DNA of 64,000 nucleotides, taken from the NCBI RefSeq assembly GCF_006345805.1, contig NC_042998.1, positions 147,560,001 through 147,624,000 on the forward strand, in the 5' to 3' direction. The position numbers and the translations under genes were made by a program. The notes below the pieces were generated by a model. That model saw only the letters and a list, made by a program, of their open reading frames with translations, was not told where the DNA came from and made no database searches. Source of the stretch: Octopus sinensis. Taxonomy: Eukaryota. This document shows, piece by piece, positions 50,483-62,917 of the stretch (the stretch's first letter is position 1; each line of letters starts with the position of its first letter).

Positions 50483-51290
50483 CCCGACCCCTCCAGATGA
50501 TCGCCTATACTGGCCCGACCCACCAAGTTTTCTACAAGCCATCTTCACCCCTGACAATGTAAGCAGGGTAACTGCTTCTTTTCCAGCAGATTCTGGCACT
50601 AGGATCGATGGCTTACAACCTCAGCATCTCAAGGATGGTATCTCCCTGCTCTTGGAGAACCTAACACAGTTCATAAACTTGTTTGCATCTGAGAGTGTCC
50701 TTGCCTACATTCGTCCTCTGTTCTTGGGGCCAAACTATTTGATCTCACCAAGCCCAACGGTGACCTCCACCCCATAACAGTTGGTTGTACTCTGCAATGG
50801 CTCACAGCAAAAGTGTGCCTGTCCTCAGTTTCTAACTGCCTGTCTGAGGAATTTTCCCCTATGCAGCTAGAATAGGTACTAAGCTAGGTTGTGAGGCTGC
50901 TGCTCATACCACCAACTTGCCTTTTGAGTCCCTAAAGGCCGTCCTCAAACTAGACCTTAAGAATGGTTTTAACTCCATCACTTGAGACATAATCTTCCAT
51001 GCAGTAAGGGAGAATTCCCCCCACCATTTTATCACTTAGCTTGGCAAGCCTATCGGGAGCCCTCTCACCTCTTGTTTGGTGACCACCTCATCCCATCTAC
51101 CTCTGGAGTCCAACAGTGTGATCCACTTGGTCCTGCCCTATTTGCATTGGGTATTGATGATGTTACCAAGATAGGAGCTGACCTAGACCTAAATGTCTGG
51201 TACCTTGATGATGTTTGTTTAAGAGGTTTTCCTGACAAGGTGCTTGTAACTGTGAGGACGACAATCAAGGAACTTGGTTGTAGAGGTCTA
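50482..51290 (+). mobile_element. CRE-clade non-LTR element, RT half, inverted relative to the endonuclease half
   Basis: ASFP..SG..DGLQPQHLKD, TKPNGDLHPITVG, GCEAAAH, LKLDLKNGFNSI, SGVQQCDPLGPALFAL, NVWYLDD, with frameshifts. Confidence 0.88.
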
Positions 51291-52269
51291 ACAAGTTGGA
51301 TGATATAATATATAAATACCATTTTTTTTTAATATTGTAATTTCTGTGTTAGTTTTCAAAGTGGAATCCAAAAGGTATAAAAAAAACTGAGAATGGGTAA
51401 GTATGAAAAATTTGAAAAGCAATTCCTTCTCTCCACAAAAATTATAATTCTCATTGTTGAAAGAACAAATAAGTTGGGGTGCTTATTTCAACATCTGTTG
51501 GGTAAATACTGTTGATATTTCCACTTTTGTTTGTTGATTACAGACCAAATTAATGTCAAGACATGAACAACATTCAATCTCCTATTTTTTCTCACCTGTG
51601 TGGATCATAAATCTAGTGACTGCATAGGAATACAATATACTAGAGTTAACATTGTACTTGCTCCTCCTGCCCCCACATAAGGTCCTGCACTTACCCTTAT
51701 ATTGACCCTTTAGAATTCCCTCCCTGCATAAATTTTCCCTGCAACCATTAACTTACAATATTCCAGCCAGAGCCATTTCACTAGTATCACAGAAGCTATG
51801 GACACAACCCCTTCCCCTAAAGCAAACTAATGAAATGGAAAAAAATCTTGATAAGACTACAAACTCAAAACCATTTGGCTGAGTTTAGAAGTGGTGGTGA
51901 TGGTGAAGATACTTTATTCATTTAGTCATAGCAACCCTCACCACAAACGTAATTAGCAGTAATGAATTAATGAATACAAATGTGTGTACATGTCAAGAAT
52001 ATTTACAGATTTGATTACCTTGGTTTAGTTACATTTTTGTCAGACATCTATTTATATGTCCAAAATTAATTTTATATTGACTTGTATCTGTCATTAAAAC
52101 ATCCAAAATGATGTCAAAATAAAATAAAATCTTTTTAACTTGGCTTCTAAATGTTTAGCAGAATTTGCAGTTAAAAATCCAAGTGTTACTTGGAAGGATT
52201 AGAACATTAATGCATCTACTTTGATCTCTCAGTCAAAACCAAGTGGGGAGCCACAGCATAATTATTAAT

Positions 52270-52925
52270 ATCTACTACACTGGCCTTGTGCCATTTCTCT
52301 ACAGAGTATCAGGGAGAGATCAACCTATGTCAAGAAACTTGACCCAGAATTGAACAATGCCTCCTGCCTGACCTCTGGTGACATGAAACCCACTAACTCA
52401 AACAACCTGCACGTCCTTGCTGGTATTGCTCCAAATGGAGATCCATAACACACATATTAAGATATCCGACAGGAAATGGCCAGTTGAGGCAAGATGACAA
52501 AAGCTACTAGTGATGGTGGTCAAACTCTGGCCCAACAACTGGGGCCAAGAAGAAACTTCCTCAGCTCTGAATGGAAAAACTTGGGAGCAAACTGCACTCT
52601 GACTGACATGGAAATCCCCACCCTCTGCTGAAGACCTCTCTCCTGGCCCAGAAGCATCATAGATTCAGTGGAAAACACTCAACCACATGAAAAGAACAGG
52701 ACAATCAAAAGTTGCTTTGGTCAGATGTGGCTACAAGACCAGCCCAATCAACTCTGAATATGAAGAAGCAGACCATATTATGGAGCACTGCCTTGTCTGC
52801 CCACACTACCTAATTCCTGCAGCTCTAAAGATTTTGCAGAGTTCAATAAAAATGCAAAGAAATGTATAAAGAAATAGGAAACTGTCATATAACCACTTCG
52901 CTTCAAAGAATCAAAAGAAGAATAA
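52270..52925 (+). mobile_element. Ingi/Vingi (I-group) LINE 3' remnant
   Basis: LALC.S..EY..RSTYVKKLDPELNNA..LTSG.MKPT...LHVLAGIAP; WKTLNHM.RTG; C-terminal DHIMEHCLVCP; A-rich tail. Confidence 0.7.
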
Positions 52926-53319
52926 AATGAAATAAAATAAACTAACTACCTAAATGAACAAAACTAAAAGAACAGACAATAAAGGTAACCGTGGTAGTTA
53001 TTAATAACTTGTCTAAAAATTACATTTATTTAGAACAAGCTGTTGTGTTTATTGAAAGACTAGCATGCAATTAGAAACAATGAATTCCTTTGAACAACAA
53101 CAACAATAATAATGTAGATAATAAGTCAAAATTAATATAAATTAATTAGTGATTGTTTGTATATTAGCATCTTTTGATGGTGTATTCAATTATTCTTTAT
53201 TCCATCATACATACACTTATTCCTTTATTCATGAATTCATATTCATTCATCTCTTCATTTAATCTCATAGAAGAAGAAGGAGGAGGAGGAGGAATATAAA
53301 CCTGATCACTGGAAATGAT

Positions 53320-53885
53320 CAAAACTTTTACTAGTGGTTTCCACTGAGGTCATTGTCTGGCTACTGATTGATGATTCTCTCTCTCTCCCTCCCTTCCTCC
53401 CTCTCGTTATCTCTTTCCTTCTCTTTATCTCTCTGTTTTTTTCCACCTCTTTCCTTCTCTTTCAAACTTGCTGTCCTCCTTTTCTCTCTCTCTCTCTCTC
53501 TATTATTCTCTGGCTCCATCACCACTGTCCCCACTCTCTCTGCCCTTCTCCCTCCCCCTCTCCTTCTCATCACTCATTCTCTTGTTGACTAATAAAGAAT
53601 AGAGAATAGCAATAATGACTTTACACAGGAAACAATACTACTCTTTATCAACATCATTGTCGTCATTAACATCATCTTCATCGACATTGTCATCGTCATC
53701 ATCATTACCACCACTACCATTAACTCCAATACCACTTCCACTACCACAAATCCCACCATCACCACTGCCAATACCACTATAACCAGTTCTATCACCAACA
53801 TCACCATAACCATCCCTGCCACTACTACCACTGACACACTAATACCAACAACAACAAACACCATCACCACCACTAGCAATAATAA
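53320..53885. repeat. (CT)n then (CAT/CAC)n low-complexity tract
   Basis: Seen directly. Confidence 0.9.
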
Positions 53886-54041
53886 CCATGGGTGTACAAC
53901 CAGGTAGACTGAAGTAAGGTGGGTTTTGTGCCTTTCTAGGAATACAATACCAATAGCTGCAATAAGATTTGAACTTAAATCCATATCATCACTAGAGTAG
54001 CACCTTAACATCTACAGTTCATCGTATCTCTGATCACATTT

Positions 54042-54603
54042 TATCTTTCATCTTTTATTATTTCAGCCATTAGACTGTGGCTATACTGGGGCACCACCTT
54101 GAAGAATCTTTAGTCAAATGAACTGACCCCAGGACTTTATACTTTTTTTCTTTAAGCCTGGTATTTATTGTATAGGTCACTTTGCTGAACCACAAAGTTA
54201 TGGGTACATAAACACACCAACAACAGTTGTCAAGCAGTGGTGAGGGACAAACACTGACACAAACACACACATACATACAAGGGTAAGCACACTAATGCAA
54301 AACAAGGTGGAAAAAATAGTACATGAATATCGAAGGTAGAGTAATATGCTTTTATTAAATCCGTAAAAATCTACATAAATTGTTATTGACAGTTTCACGT
54401 GACAGTTTGTTGGACAGTTGTTATCATTCTCTCTGTATATGTATATATATATATATATATACTACACGGAGTGGTTGGCGTTAGGAAGGGCATCCAGCTG
54501 TAGAAACATTGCCAGATAAGACCGGAGCCTGGTGCAGCCTCCTGGCTTCCCAGATCCCCGGTCGAACCGTCCAACCCATGCTAGCATGGAGAACGGACGT
54601 TAA

Positions 54604-54635
<32 letters not shown>

Positions 54636-55220
54636 ATATTATCATTAAAGGCATGAAATTTTGCTTGACCCTTTGGATGATAACTGATGAGAAGTTGGGG
54701 ACCTTCTGTGTTTGTTTTCCATTCGTCTGTGCATTTGCTATATGTTTTTCAACTTGCCATTCTGTGTCTGTTTTCCATTTGTTTGTACATTTACTATACG
54801 TTTTTAATGTGCATATATAGATATACACACACATATGTGCAAGATGGGCTTCTTTTAACTTCAGTCAATCATATCCACTCACAAGGCTTTGGTCAGCCCA
54901 AGGCTGTAGTAAAAAACACTTGCTCAAGATGACACAGAATGGGATTGAATCCAAAACCATGTTGTTGGGAAGTAAGCTTCTTATCACACAGCCACACCTG
55001 CGCCTATTCTTTTATATTATTTAATACAATACTGAAGTGAAAACATAATATGTAAATATATTATCTTGATTTAGGAGGTTGGTGCTGGGGAGGGCATTCA
55101 GCCATAGAAACTATGCCAAAGGAGTCATTGGAGCTTGGTGCTGTCCCCTGGCTAACCAGCTCTTGTTAAATCATCAACCCATGTCAACAAGGAAAATGGA
55201 CATGTAGATACTAGATCATC
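54042..55220. mobile_element. Cluster: CORE-SINE halves (54042-54275 and 54838-55003, minus) and RTE tails (54461-54634 and 55070-55220, plus)
   Basis: Motif matches to the families above. Confidence 0.8.
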
Positions 55221-55365
55221 ATCTTAAAATTCTTTTGCATAATTTGTTATTACTTCAGTTCTTCTGATGTGACATGAACTCAGATGTGCTGTGTCCTGTC
55301 TCGTTATTTTTACCACTACTTCAACATCCTCTGCTATCTCTAGAGTACATACTCTGTCTGCCTTA

Positions 55366-55397
<32 letters not shown>

Positions 55398-55714
55398 ACC
55401 TAACTCAATTGTTTTATTTTTCCCTATATGCATTGTCCAATATCAGTGCCTCATTAAATACTAACCCGGCCATCTTTCCCAAAGTTTGAAATTTGTTATG
55501 AAACTTCACTATGGGGTATATCCAAAAATTTTACTTCTCACTATATTCATGAATTAAATTAATTTACTATTAATTAACTTAATTTAATATTATAAATTAA
55601 ATTATTTACTTGTAATTTATATAAGATAGATGTAAATGTCTGCAAAGTTTATAAAACCTACCATGGACATTAAAATATAATCAATTATGACAGCTAAAAT
55701 CTTTGGGTATACCA

Positions 55715-56420
55715 CATAGTAAAGCTTGCCATCAACAGTAGCTTTATCTCGTATCCAAAAATTTATTTTCTTCTTTGCTGAACATTTCCTTTATGGTGAT
55801 GCCATTGATGACTCTGTAGGCCAGTTCTTGCACAGAAGAGTTGATGGCATTGACAGCATAGCAATGTTAGTGGAAGATGAGGTTGATTTTGTTGAACATT
55901 TTTCCTGTTGCTTGATTTCTTCTTTTTCTCTTTGAAGTTTTTGGTTCCGATGGTGATGGAACACTGCCACTTGGCACAGTCTCGGGCTTATGTTTCAAAC
56001 AATTTAGGCTCAATTCCAGTGGTTTTCAGTGTTGCTTTGAGTTGGTCCTTGTATCTTCAAAGAGGACAACCCCATGGTCTTTTTCCTGAAGTGAACTCAC
56101 TGAATGAGACTTAGCATGAATACCTTGACTCTTCCATTCTTACATGTCCTGACCATCTAAAGACAGTGTGATTATTGATTTGATACTTTGACTGTTGGCT
56201 CTTTCCAGGACTTTGTTGTTGGTCACATAATGTCCTCATTTGACTTTCAAGATTGAACAAAGCTTTTGTTGGTGAAAGCGTTCTAATTTTTGGATGTCAC
56301 GACAAGATAAAGTCCAGGTTTCTCAGCAATGTAGCCAGGTTGAAATGACAACAACCCTTATCTTATAATAATTCTGCTTGTCACTTTGTTACATAGCCTG
56401 CCCATAATGCTTTCACATGA
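55715..56420 (-). mobile_element. BovB-like RTE 3' remnant with a single C-terminal C2H2 finger
   Basis: GKRPWGCPL*RYKDQLKATLK...ARDCAKW...CCQCHQLFCARTGLQSHQWHH. Confidence 0.8.
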
Positions 56421-56789
56421 TTAGTTGAAATGGATGGGGGAGAGGTGGTAGTGAGTGAAATGTGTAATTTGTTTTTGGAATAAGTTTTTTTCCTCCGTTA
56501 TTTAGCCCATCTGTCACATTTTCATGTGATTAGCTAAAGAGAAAGGTGAAGAGTGAGAGAGAAAGAGGGAGAGTGTTGAGCATTAAGTCTATAAAATTGT
56601 GCATAAAGTATATGAAGTGCATATATAATGTGCATTAAGTAATCACTATATTCCAGTTTCTTTCACTTTTCAATGAGTAGCAGATGAGCGACTGTTTTTT
56701 GATACATACACAACACAGGCTACGCTTTCAGGGTTTTGGGATACAGTTTTCAAAAATAGCCCAATGAGTTTACCATTAATTCTGTGAAA

Positions 56790-57420
56790 TATACAGGGGT
56801 CCTGCTAGTGAACCATAATTTTCATTGCTAAGTTAAAATCTTTGTTGTTGAAGATGCATTTGATTAGCTTTCCAAATGTTCTGTGTGCAGCTCTAATTCT
56901 GTGTTCCACATCCTTTCCTGAGGTGCACTTTGTTTGATAAAAAGCTGCCTGGATATGAAAAATGCTCTACTTTTGTAAAAGGTGTATCTAAGATGGAAAC
57001 ATCAAAACCTAGTAAGATGGTACTTAGTGCCGGTTGTGCAAGGACCTTGGTTTTCTTGATGTTTATTGTAAAGCCAAAGCGATTGTAGGCCATAGCAGAG
57101 TTGTTCATAGACTGTTGGAGATTTTCTTTTGAATGACAGAGGACAGCATCGTTATTAGCAGATCAAAGTTCTGAGATGTGTTGCATGTGTGTTAGAAGTT
57201 TTGATCAAAGTCTACTAAGATTGAAAAGTCCTCCATTATATCTATATTTAATGTCAAGTCCTGGATTGTCTAAAGGAACTTCATGAAACACTGCAACCAG
57301 ATACAAGGAGAATAGTGTAGGTGCCAAAGACATATTCTTGTTTTAGTCTGCATATAATTGGAAATTCTTCTGACAGCATCTTTTGGTGGAATACACTTCC
57401 AGACGTATAGTAAAGTATGA
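56790..57420 (-). mobile_element. RTE RT-domain remnant
   Basis: LKQEY..APTLFSLYL; RFGFTINIKKTKVLAQP; VEHFSYPGSFLS; RIRAAHRTFGKL. Confidence 0.8.
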
Positions 57421-58864
57421 AAGATAAGCACTTCTGGCATATCAGTAATTTATGTAACAATACTAACTGCTGAATTGTGTCAAATATACATATTTGTCTA
57501 CTTGATTTTATCTATAAGTGTATCAACAATAGTTATGAACACAGGTTCATGGTTACAAAAAATGTAAAGTAAATGATTGCTGATGAAACTGTAATAATAG
57601 TTGAAACAGCTTTGTCCGGTTGATCTCTCTCTTTCATTATCCATGATCTGACTGTATAAAATAGATGTTTCCATCTTTCTTACATATCTTGAAAATTTGT
57701 AACATTGATTGATCCTGCATGGTGGCAGGTGATGGTGAGAGTGGTAGTAGCAGTGTTGGGTGTTGGTGGTGGAGGTGGTGAACCTAAATAATGTCATAGG
57801 CATTGCTCCTGCTATTCTAACTGATAAATAAGCAAAGAAAATGATAACAGCACATTATTGTGGGGAAGAAGAAAGAAGAAGGAAAAGAGGAGGTGGAGGA
57901 CAAGGAGGAAACAAAAAGTACTAATATCGATAAAAACTAAATTCGAAAAATTAAATGCACACAAACAGATACATGAACTCACACAAGACAATTTAATTTT
58001 AAGGTGGCAAATTGCAAATTCCAAGGTGGCAAGCTAGCAGAATTGTCAGCATGTTGGGTAAAATGTTTAGTGGCATTTTGTCTGTCTTTATGTTCTGAGT
58101 TTAAATTTTGCTGAGGTCAACTTTGCCTTTCATCCTTTTGGGGTTGAGAAAATAAGTATCACTTGAGCACTGGGGTTGATGTAATTGGCTTACTCCTTCC
58201 CTGAAATTGTTGGCCCTGTGCCAAAATTTTAAACCAATAATTGTTGCAGATTCTCTGAAGACAACTGTAGCTATGCTATTGTAAGGGACTGACATCACTC
58301 ATTAACATATACCTCATTAATATATCTCATTTATATCTCATTAACATATACCATTTGCATATTTCATCAATATATACCATTAACATATATATTTTCTGTC
58401 TTAACCACAAATCCCTTTTAGTGTTAAGTTAATCATAAAAAGAAATAACTAACAAGTAAATTCAATATTATATCAACTCTTTGTATATATTATATCAATA
58501 TTATATCAATTCCTGCTCCACTATTTGAATAAATAATGTTGCTTTACAGTTTGTCAAATTGTCTACAAGAGATTCTGGGCACTTATCCAGACGACCGCTT
58601 AAGCTAAACATTTTACCATTTTGTTGTTGTTGCTGCTGCTGCTACTGCTGTTGTTGCTGTTTTTGCTGTCGTTGTTGTTGGTGGTGGTAGTAGTGCTGCT
58701 GCTGTTTCTTTTTCCATAGCCTCTCCGTTCTGTTGTCTAGTGTAGACTTGGTACAATTACTTTTGAATTGAGCCAATATCCTTGCTTAGAATACTCTTGG
58801 TATTTATGTTTATACACCACACACACACACACACAATACATACTCTCTCATACACACACGCACC

Positions 58865-59166
58865 CTTATGTTGGGGCGAGGTCATTTGACCTTGTTATCT
58901 CCCCTACTATCCCTCTTGTGTCAAACGTCTGATCTCTGACTTCTGGCCGAAATCAGACTGCCATGTTGAATCGTTAGCTCCTGCATGCATTTTTTCCTCT
59001 CCTTGTTTCTCTCCGTGTATCTTTTCTGTGTATCTTTCTGTTGAAGAGCGTAGGCTCGAAACGTAAAAGACTTGTTTTATTTCTATTCCTGAGCGCCATA
59101 CTAATACAATTGTTTGTTTGTACTCCACCTGCCTTCGTCTTTTGTTTATTTTCGTAAGCTTTCCGT
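58865..59166 (+). mobile_element. Penelope-like terminal fragment with a minimal hammerhead-like motif
   Basis: TGAAGAGCGTAGGCTCGAAACGTA followed by a T-rich tract and (TA)n, the layout typical of PLE termini. Confidence 0.55.
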
Positions 59167-59186
59167 TATATATATATATATATATA

Positions 59187-59609
59187 CTGGCACTAGGGCC
59201 CGGGCTAGTAGGGTGCCAAGAGCACAATCCAAGTGTGATCATTGCCAGAGCAGCCAACTGGCTTCCATGCCGGTGGCACACAAGAGGGTGCCATTTGAGC
59301 ATGATTTTTACCAATGTCACCTTACTGGCACCTGTGCTGGTGGCATGTGTAAAAAGATTTGAGCCAGGTACCACCTGACTGGTACCTTGCCAGTACCACC
59401 TGACTGGCCCCTGTGCCAGTGACACGTAAAAAGCACCCACTACACTCTCGGAGTGGTTGGCATTAGGAAGAGTATCCAGCTGTAGAAACTCTGCCAAATC
59501 AAGATTGGAGCCTGGTGCAGCCATCTGGTTCGCCAGCCCTCTGGTTCGCCAAAATTGTACAACCCATGCTAGCATGGAAAGCGAACGTTAAAGCAGACGA
59601 TGATGATGA
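59187..59609 (+). mobile_element. RTE 3' UTR copy flanked by (TA)n
   Basis: AAAAAGCACCCACTACACTCTCGGAGTGGTTGGC...CCCATGCTAGCATGGAAAG...(GAT)n. Confidence 0.88.
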
Positions 59610-59629
59610 TATATATATATATATATATA

Positions 59630-59915
59630 TCACTGTGATCACTGTGACCGACCAGGCTATCAGATGTTGCTACACATCACTGGTCACAATGCGCTTCACA
59701 TAGTTTTAGTCTTCAAACGATGCCACCCCGCTGGCTAAGTGACCATGAAAGAGTGAGAGATGTTGTGGTGAAAGAGTACAGCAGGGATCACCCCCCCCCC
59801 CGGAGCCTCATGGAGCTTTAGGTGTTTCCGCTCAATAAACACTCACAATGCCCGGTCTGGGAATTGAAACCGCAATCCTACGACCACGAGTCTGCTGCCC
59901 TAACCACTGGCCCAT
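59630..59915 (-). mobile_element. tRNA-derived SINE (further family)
   Basis: Minus-strand head GGCACAATGGGCCAGTGGTTAGGGCAGCAGACT..GGTTTCAATTCCCAGACCGG. Confidence 0.75.
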
Positions 59916-61001
59916 TGTGCCTCTACACACACACACACATATATTTATATAATTATCATATACTTTCTTCAAACACATAATTTCCTACCTAGTGGTAATG
60001 AATCCCATTATCGTTAGATGGAAGAATGAGAAGAAAGATGACTTTCTCACGGAATTGTATAATCTAGGACAAGTTCAGCCTTGCAAAAGCTCACATCCTC
60101 TTACTATGTCATACATACACATACTCGGATTTGAACCCAGTTATTCCTGGCTCCAGCTACACAGTGATCCCTCTATTTCAACTTTATCTCTATCTTTTAT
60201 CTTTTACTTATCTCAGTCATTAGACTGTGGCCATGCTGAGACACCGATTTGTTTGTGATGACTGTTTACATCTAGATAGACTGAGTTAGTGTGAGTTAAG
60301 TACCTTGGCAGTGAATAGAATAATGCCAAGGATAGGATTTGAACCATTAACTCTTCAGTTTATGCTGTGAAATTCTATTTGGCCAGCTGTGACCCTGAGC
60401 ATTCAGTCACATTTCATGGTAAAGATTGGTCCTGGAAGACTGTAACATAGTAGACATGAGTCCTCAACAGTCACTACTTATGAGTGTATTCTTCACAAAC
60501 CATTTATAGGGTGGATGGTAAACTCTTGACAGAGCCAGCCTCCAAAAGAACTTTCACAAGGTAGAACAAAAACTTCTTTTGAGCTCAGGCTGCATGTGTA
60601 GGAGTGATCTTTTCAAAATTCAAGGAAGATGTGAAATTCAATTCACTGGCATCCTCCTTGGCTTTTTGAACCACTGACTAATTTAACAGTTGAACTGAAC
60701 CCTATTCTTATAGGTCCTGTCTCTTGGTGTGCTAAATTTACACCCTGTCTTTGTACCCTGCTAGACTATTCATTTCAATAACACCATTAATTTAAACATT
60801 TTCATATCACTTAGACACACCTATTTACTGCTGGGTACTTTCCTTATTGCAGTATACTCAGCCATGAAGAAGAGATAATACTTGATGCCATCCTTGGAAG
60901 AATGACTGCAACCCAGCTTTGCAACCTAGCTTTGCATCTCAAACTATTTCACTCTCCATCACAAAAGACCTGAATGCAGTTTATTTGCATTCATATATAT
61001 A

Positions 61002-62007
61002 TATGGGTTGGAACAAAAGTTCATACCATTTTTCAATTGGTAGTGTTTAAACATGTGATTTCATTTCTCAAATGACAGAAGTGTATGCCACATATATTTT
61101 GTAAAGGGTGACATATTTCAACATGTCTTTCTGTATGATTACCATGTGGATAGTTTATTTCTACTGTTTTTATGCTAAAAGTGAAAATGAAGTAAAATGA
61201 GATGCATTTTCATCATTTGATGCTCTCTTATTTATGGAAAGGAAAATTGCTGTACAAACAGCAAAAAAGATATGTGCAGGATATGTAAATGGTGCCATAG
61301 CTGAGAGGATTGTTTGTAAGTGGTGTTCTAAGTTTAGGAGTGAAAATTTTGATCTGGAAGACCATGAGCATTCCAGCAAGTCTACAATTGTTGAGGTTGA
61401 TCAAAATGGAATGCTAATCAAAAATAATTCAGATCACATGACGTGAGACATCATAGAGATACTCCACACATCTCATATGAGTTTTATAAGACATTTAAAA
61501 CAGTTGGATACATGAATCACTATGAGAAGGGTGCAAAAAACATGTTTGGATACATGAATCACTATGATGTTTCTTTGCTCCAATACAACAAAAAATGATG
61601 GACTTTTGAAAAGAGTGATCACAGATAATGAAAAATGGATAGTTTACAACAATGTGGAGTGAAATGACTCCTGGAGAAAATGAAATGCACCCCTTTAACC
61701 ATTCCAAGAGCTGGTCATTATCCAAAGAAGGTGAAGCTCTGTATCTGGTGGGATTGGAAGAGCATTATGTTTTACAAGCTCCTTCTGTAAAATAATACAT
61801 TGAATTTAGACAATTATTGTTCCCAATTAGAACAATTAAAGAAAATAATTGATGAAAAACATTCATCATTGACTAATCAAATGGTATCATATTCCTTCTG
61901 GATAATGCTAGACTTCATAAGTCCTTAAAGACCTAGCAGAAATTCATATAGTTTGGCTAGGGTGTCCTACCACACCCTCCATACTTACCTGACCTTGCAT
62001 CTTATGT
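61002..62007 (+). mobile_element. mariner (DD34D-type) transposon remnant, 3'-truncated
   Basis: Left TIR-like ATGGGTTGGAACAAAAG; HTH region KKIC..Y..GAIAERIV.KW.SKFRSENFDLED; ITDNEKWI, IWWDWK, LDNARLH, PHPPYLPDLA. Interrupted by an RTE tail at ~62008-62300 (minus). Confidence 0.9.
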
Positions 62008-62421
62008 AACATCATCATTGTCATCATAATTTAATGTCTGTTTTTCATGCTGTCATGGGTTGGATGATTTGACTGGAGATGGCAAAGCCAGGGGCCACAA
62101 CAGGGCTCCATTGTCTGTTCTTATGGTTTCTATGGCTGGATACCCTTCCTAATGCCAACCATCCCACAGAGTGTACTGGGTGCCTTTTATGTGGCACCAG
62201 CGCATGGCACCAGTATGAGTGCTTTTTAAGTGACACCAACATTAATGTCAATTCTGTTGTGGGAGACAGATCTTCTTGAGTACAGCAAGGCACCAGATAT
62301 CTAGGTACTTTTTCATCTCCTTCATAAAGCAAGGCTCAGTGTCTTCAGATCGACCTTCAATACTTTGTCTTATGTCTTCACACAAGTTCCATCTTTTTAG
62401 GTGGTATATGTGCACATGAGT

Positions 62422-62453
<32 letters not shown>

Positions 62454-62878
62454 GCAGTTTTCCTGCTGGTTTACATGGTAGATTGGTACTGTGAGTCAAC
62501 AAGCAAGCTGAAATTATGTTAACAGAGGGAAATGCATTTTTAATGATATGATAGTTGTGAACTGCCAGAATTGTTTGTACATCAGATAAATGTTTAGCAG
62601 CATTTGTTTTGGCTTTTTACATTGTGATTTCAAATTGTGCTAAGGTCAACTTTGTCATTCAGTTTTTCAGGGTCGATAATAAAGTATCAGTTAAGTAATG
62701 GGATTGATAAAATTAACTAGATTCCTCCCATTGTACCAAAATTTGAAAGAGTTGCTAAGAAAAAAAAAATCATTAAAAAATTTAAGTAATTATTTATTAC
62801 AATGAGGGTAGTAAATATAATTATTGCTTATGTGTATGTGTGTGTGTGTGTGCATGCATATGTGCATGTGTGTGCATG

Positions 62879-62917
<39 letters not shown>

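Noticed and set aside
53589-54011. 140-aa hydrophobic ORF
   Set aside because: Mostly a (CAC/CAT)n low-complexity tract read as Val/Met.
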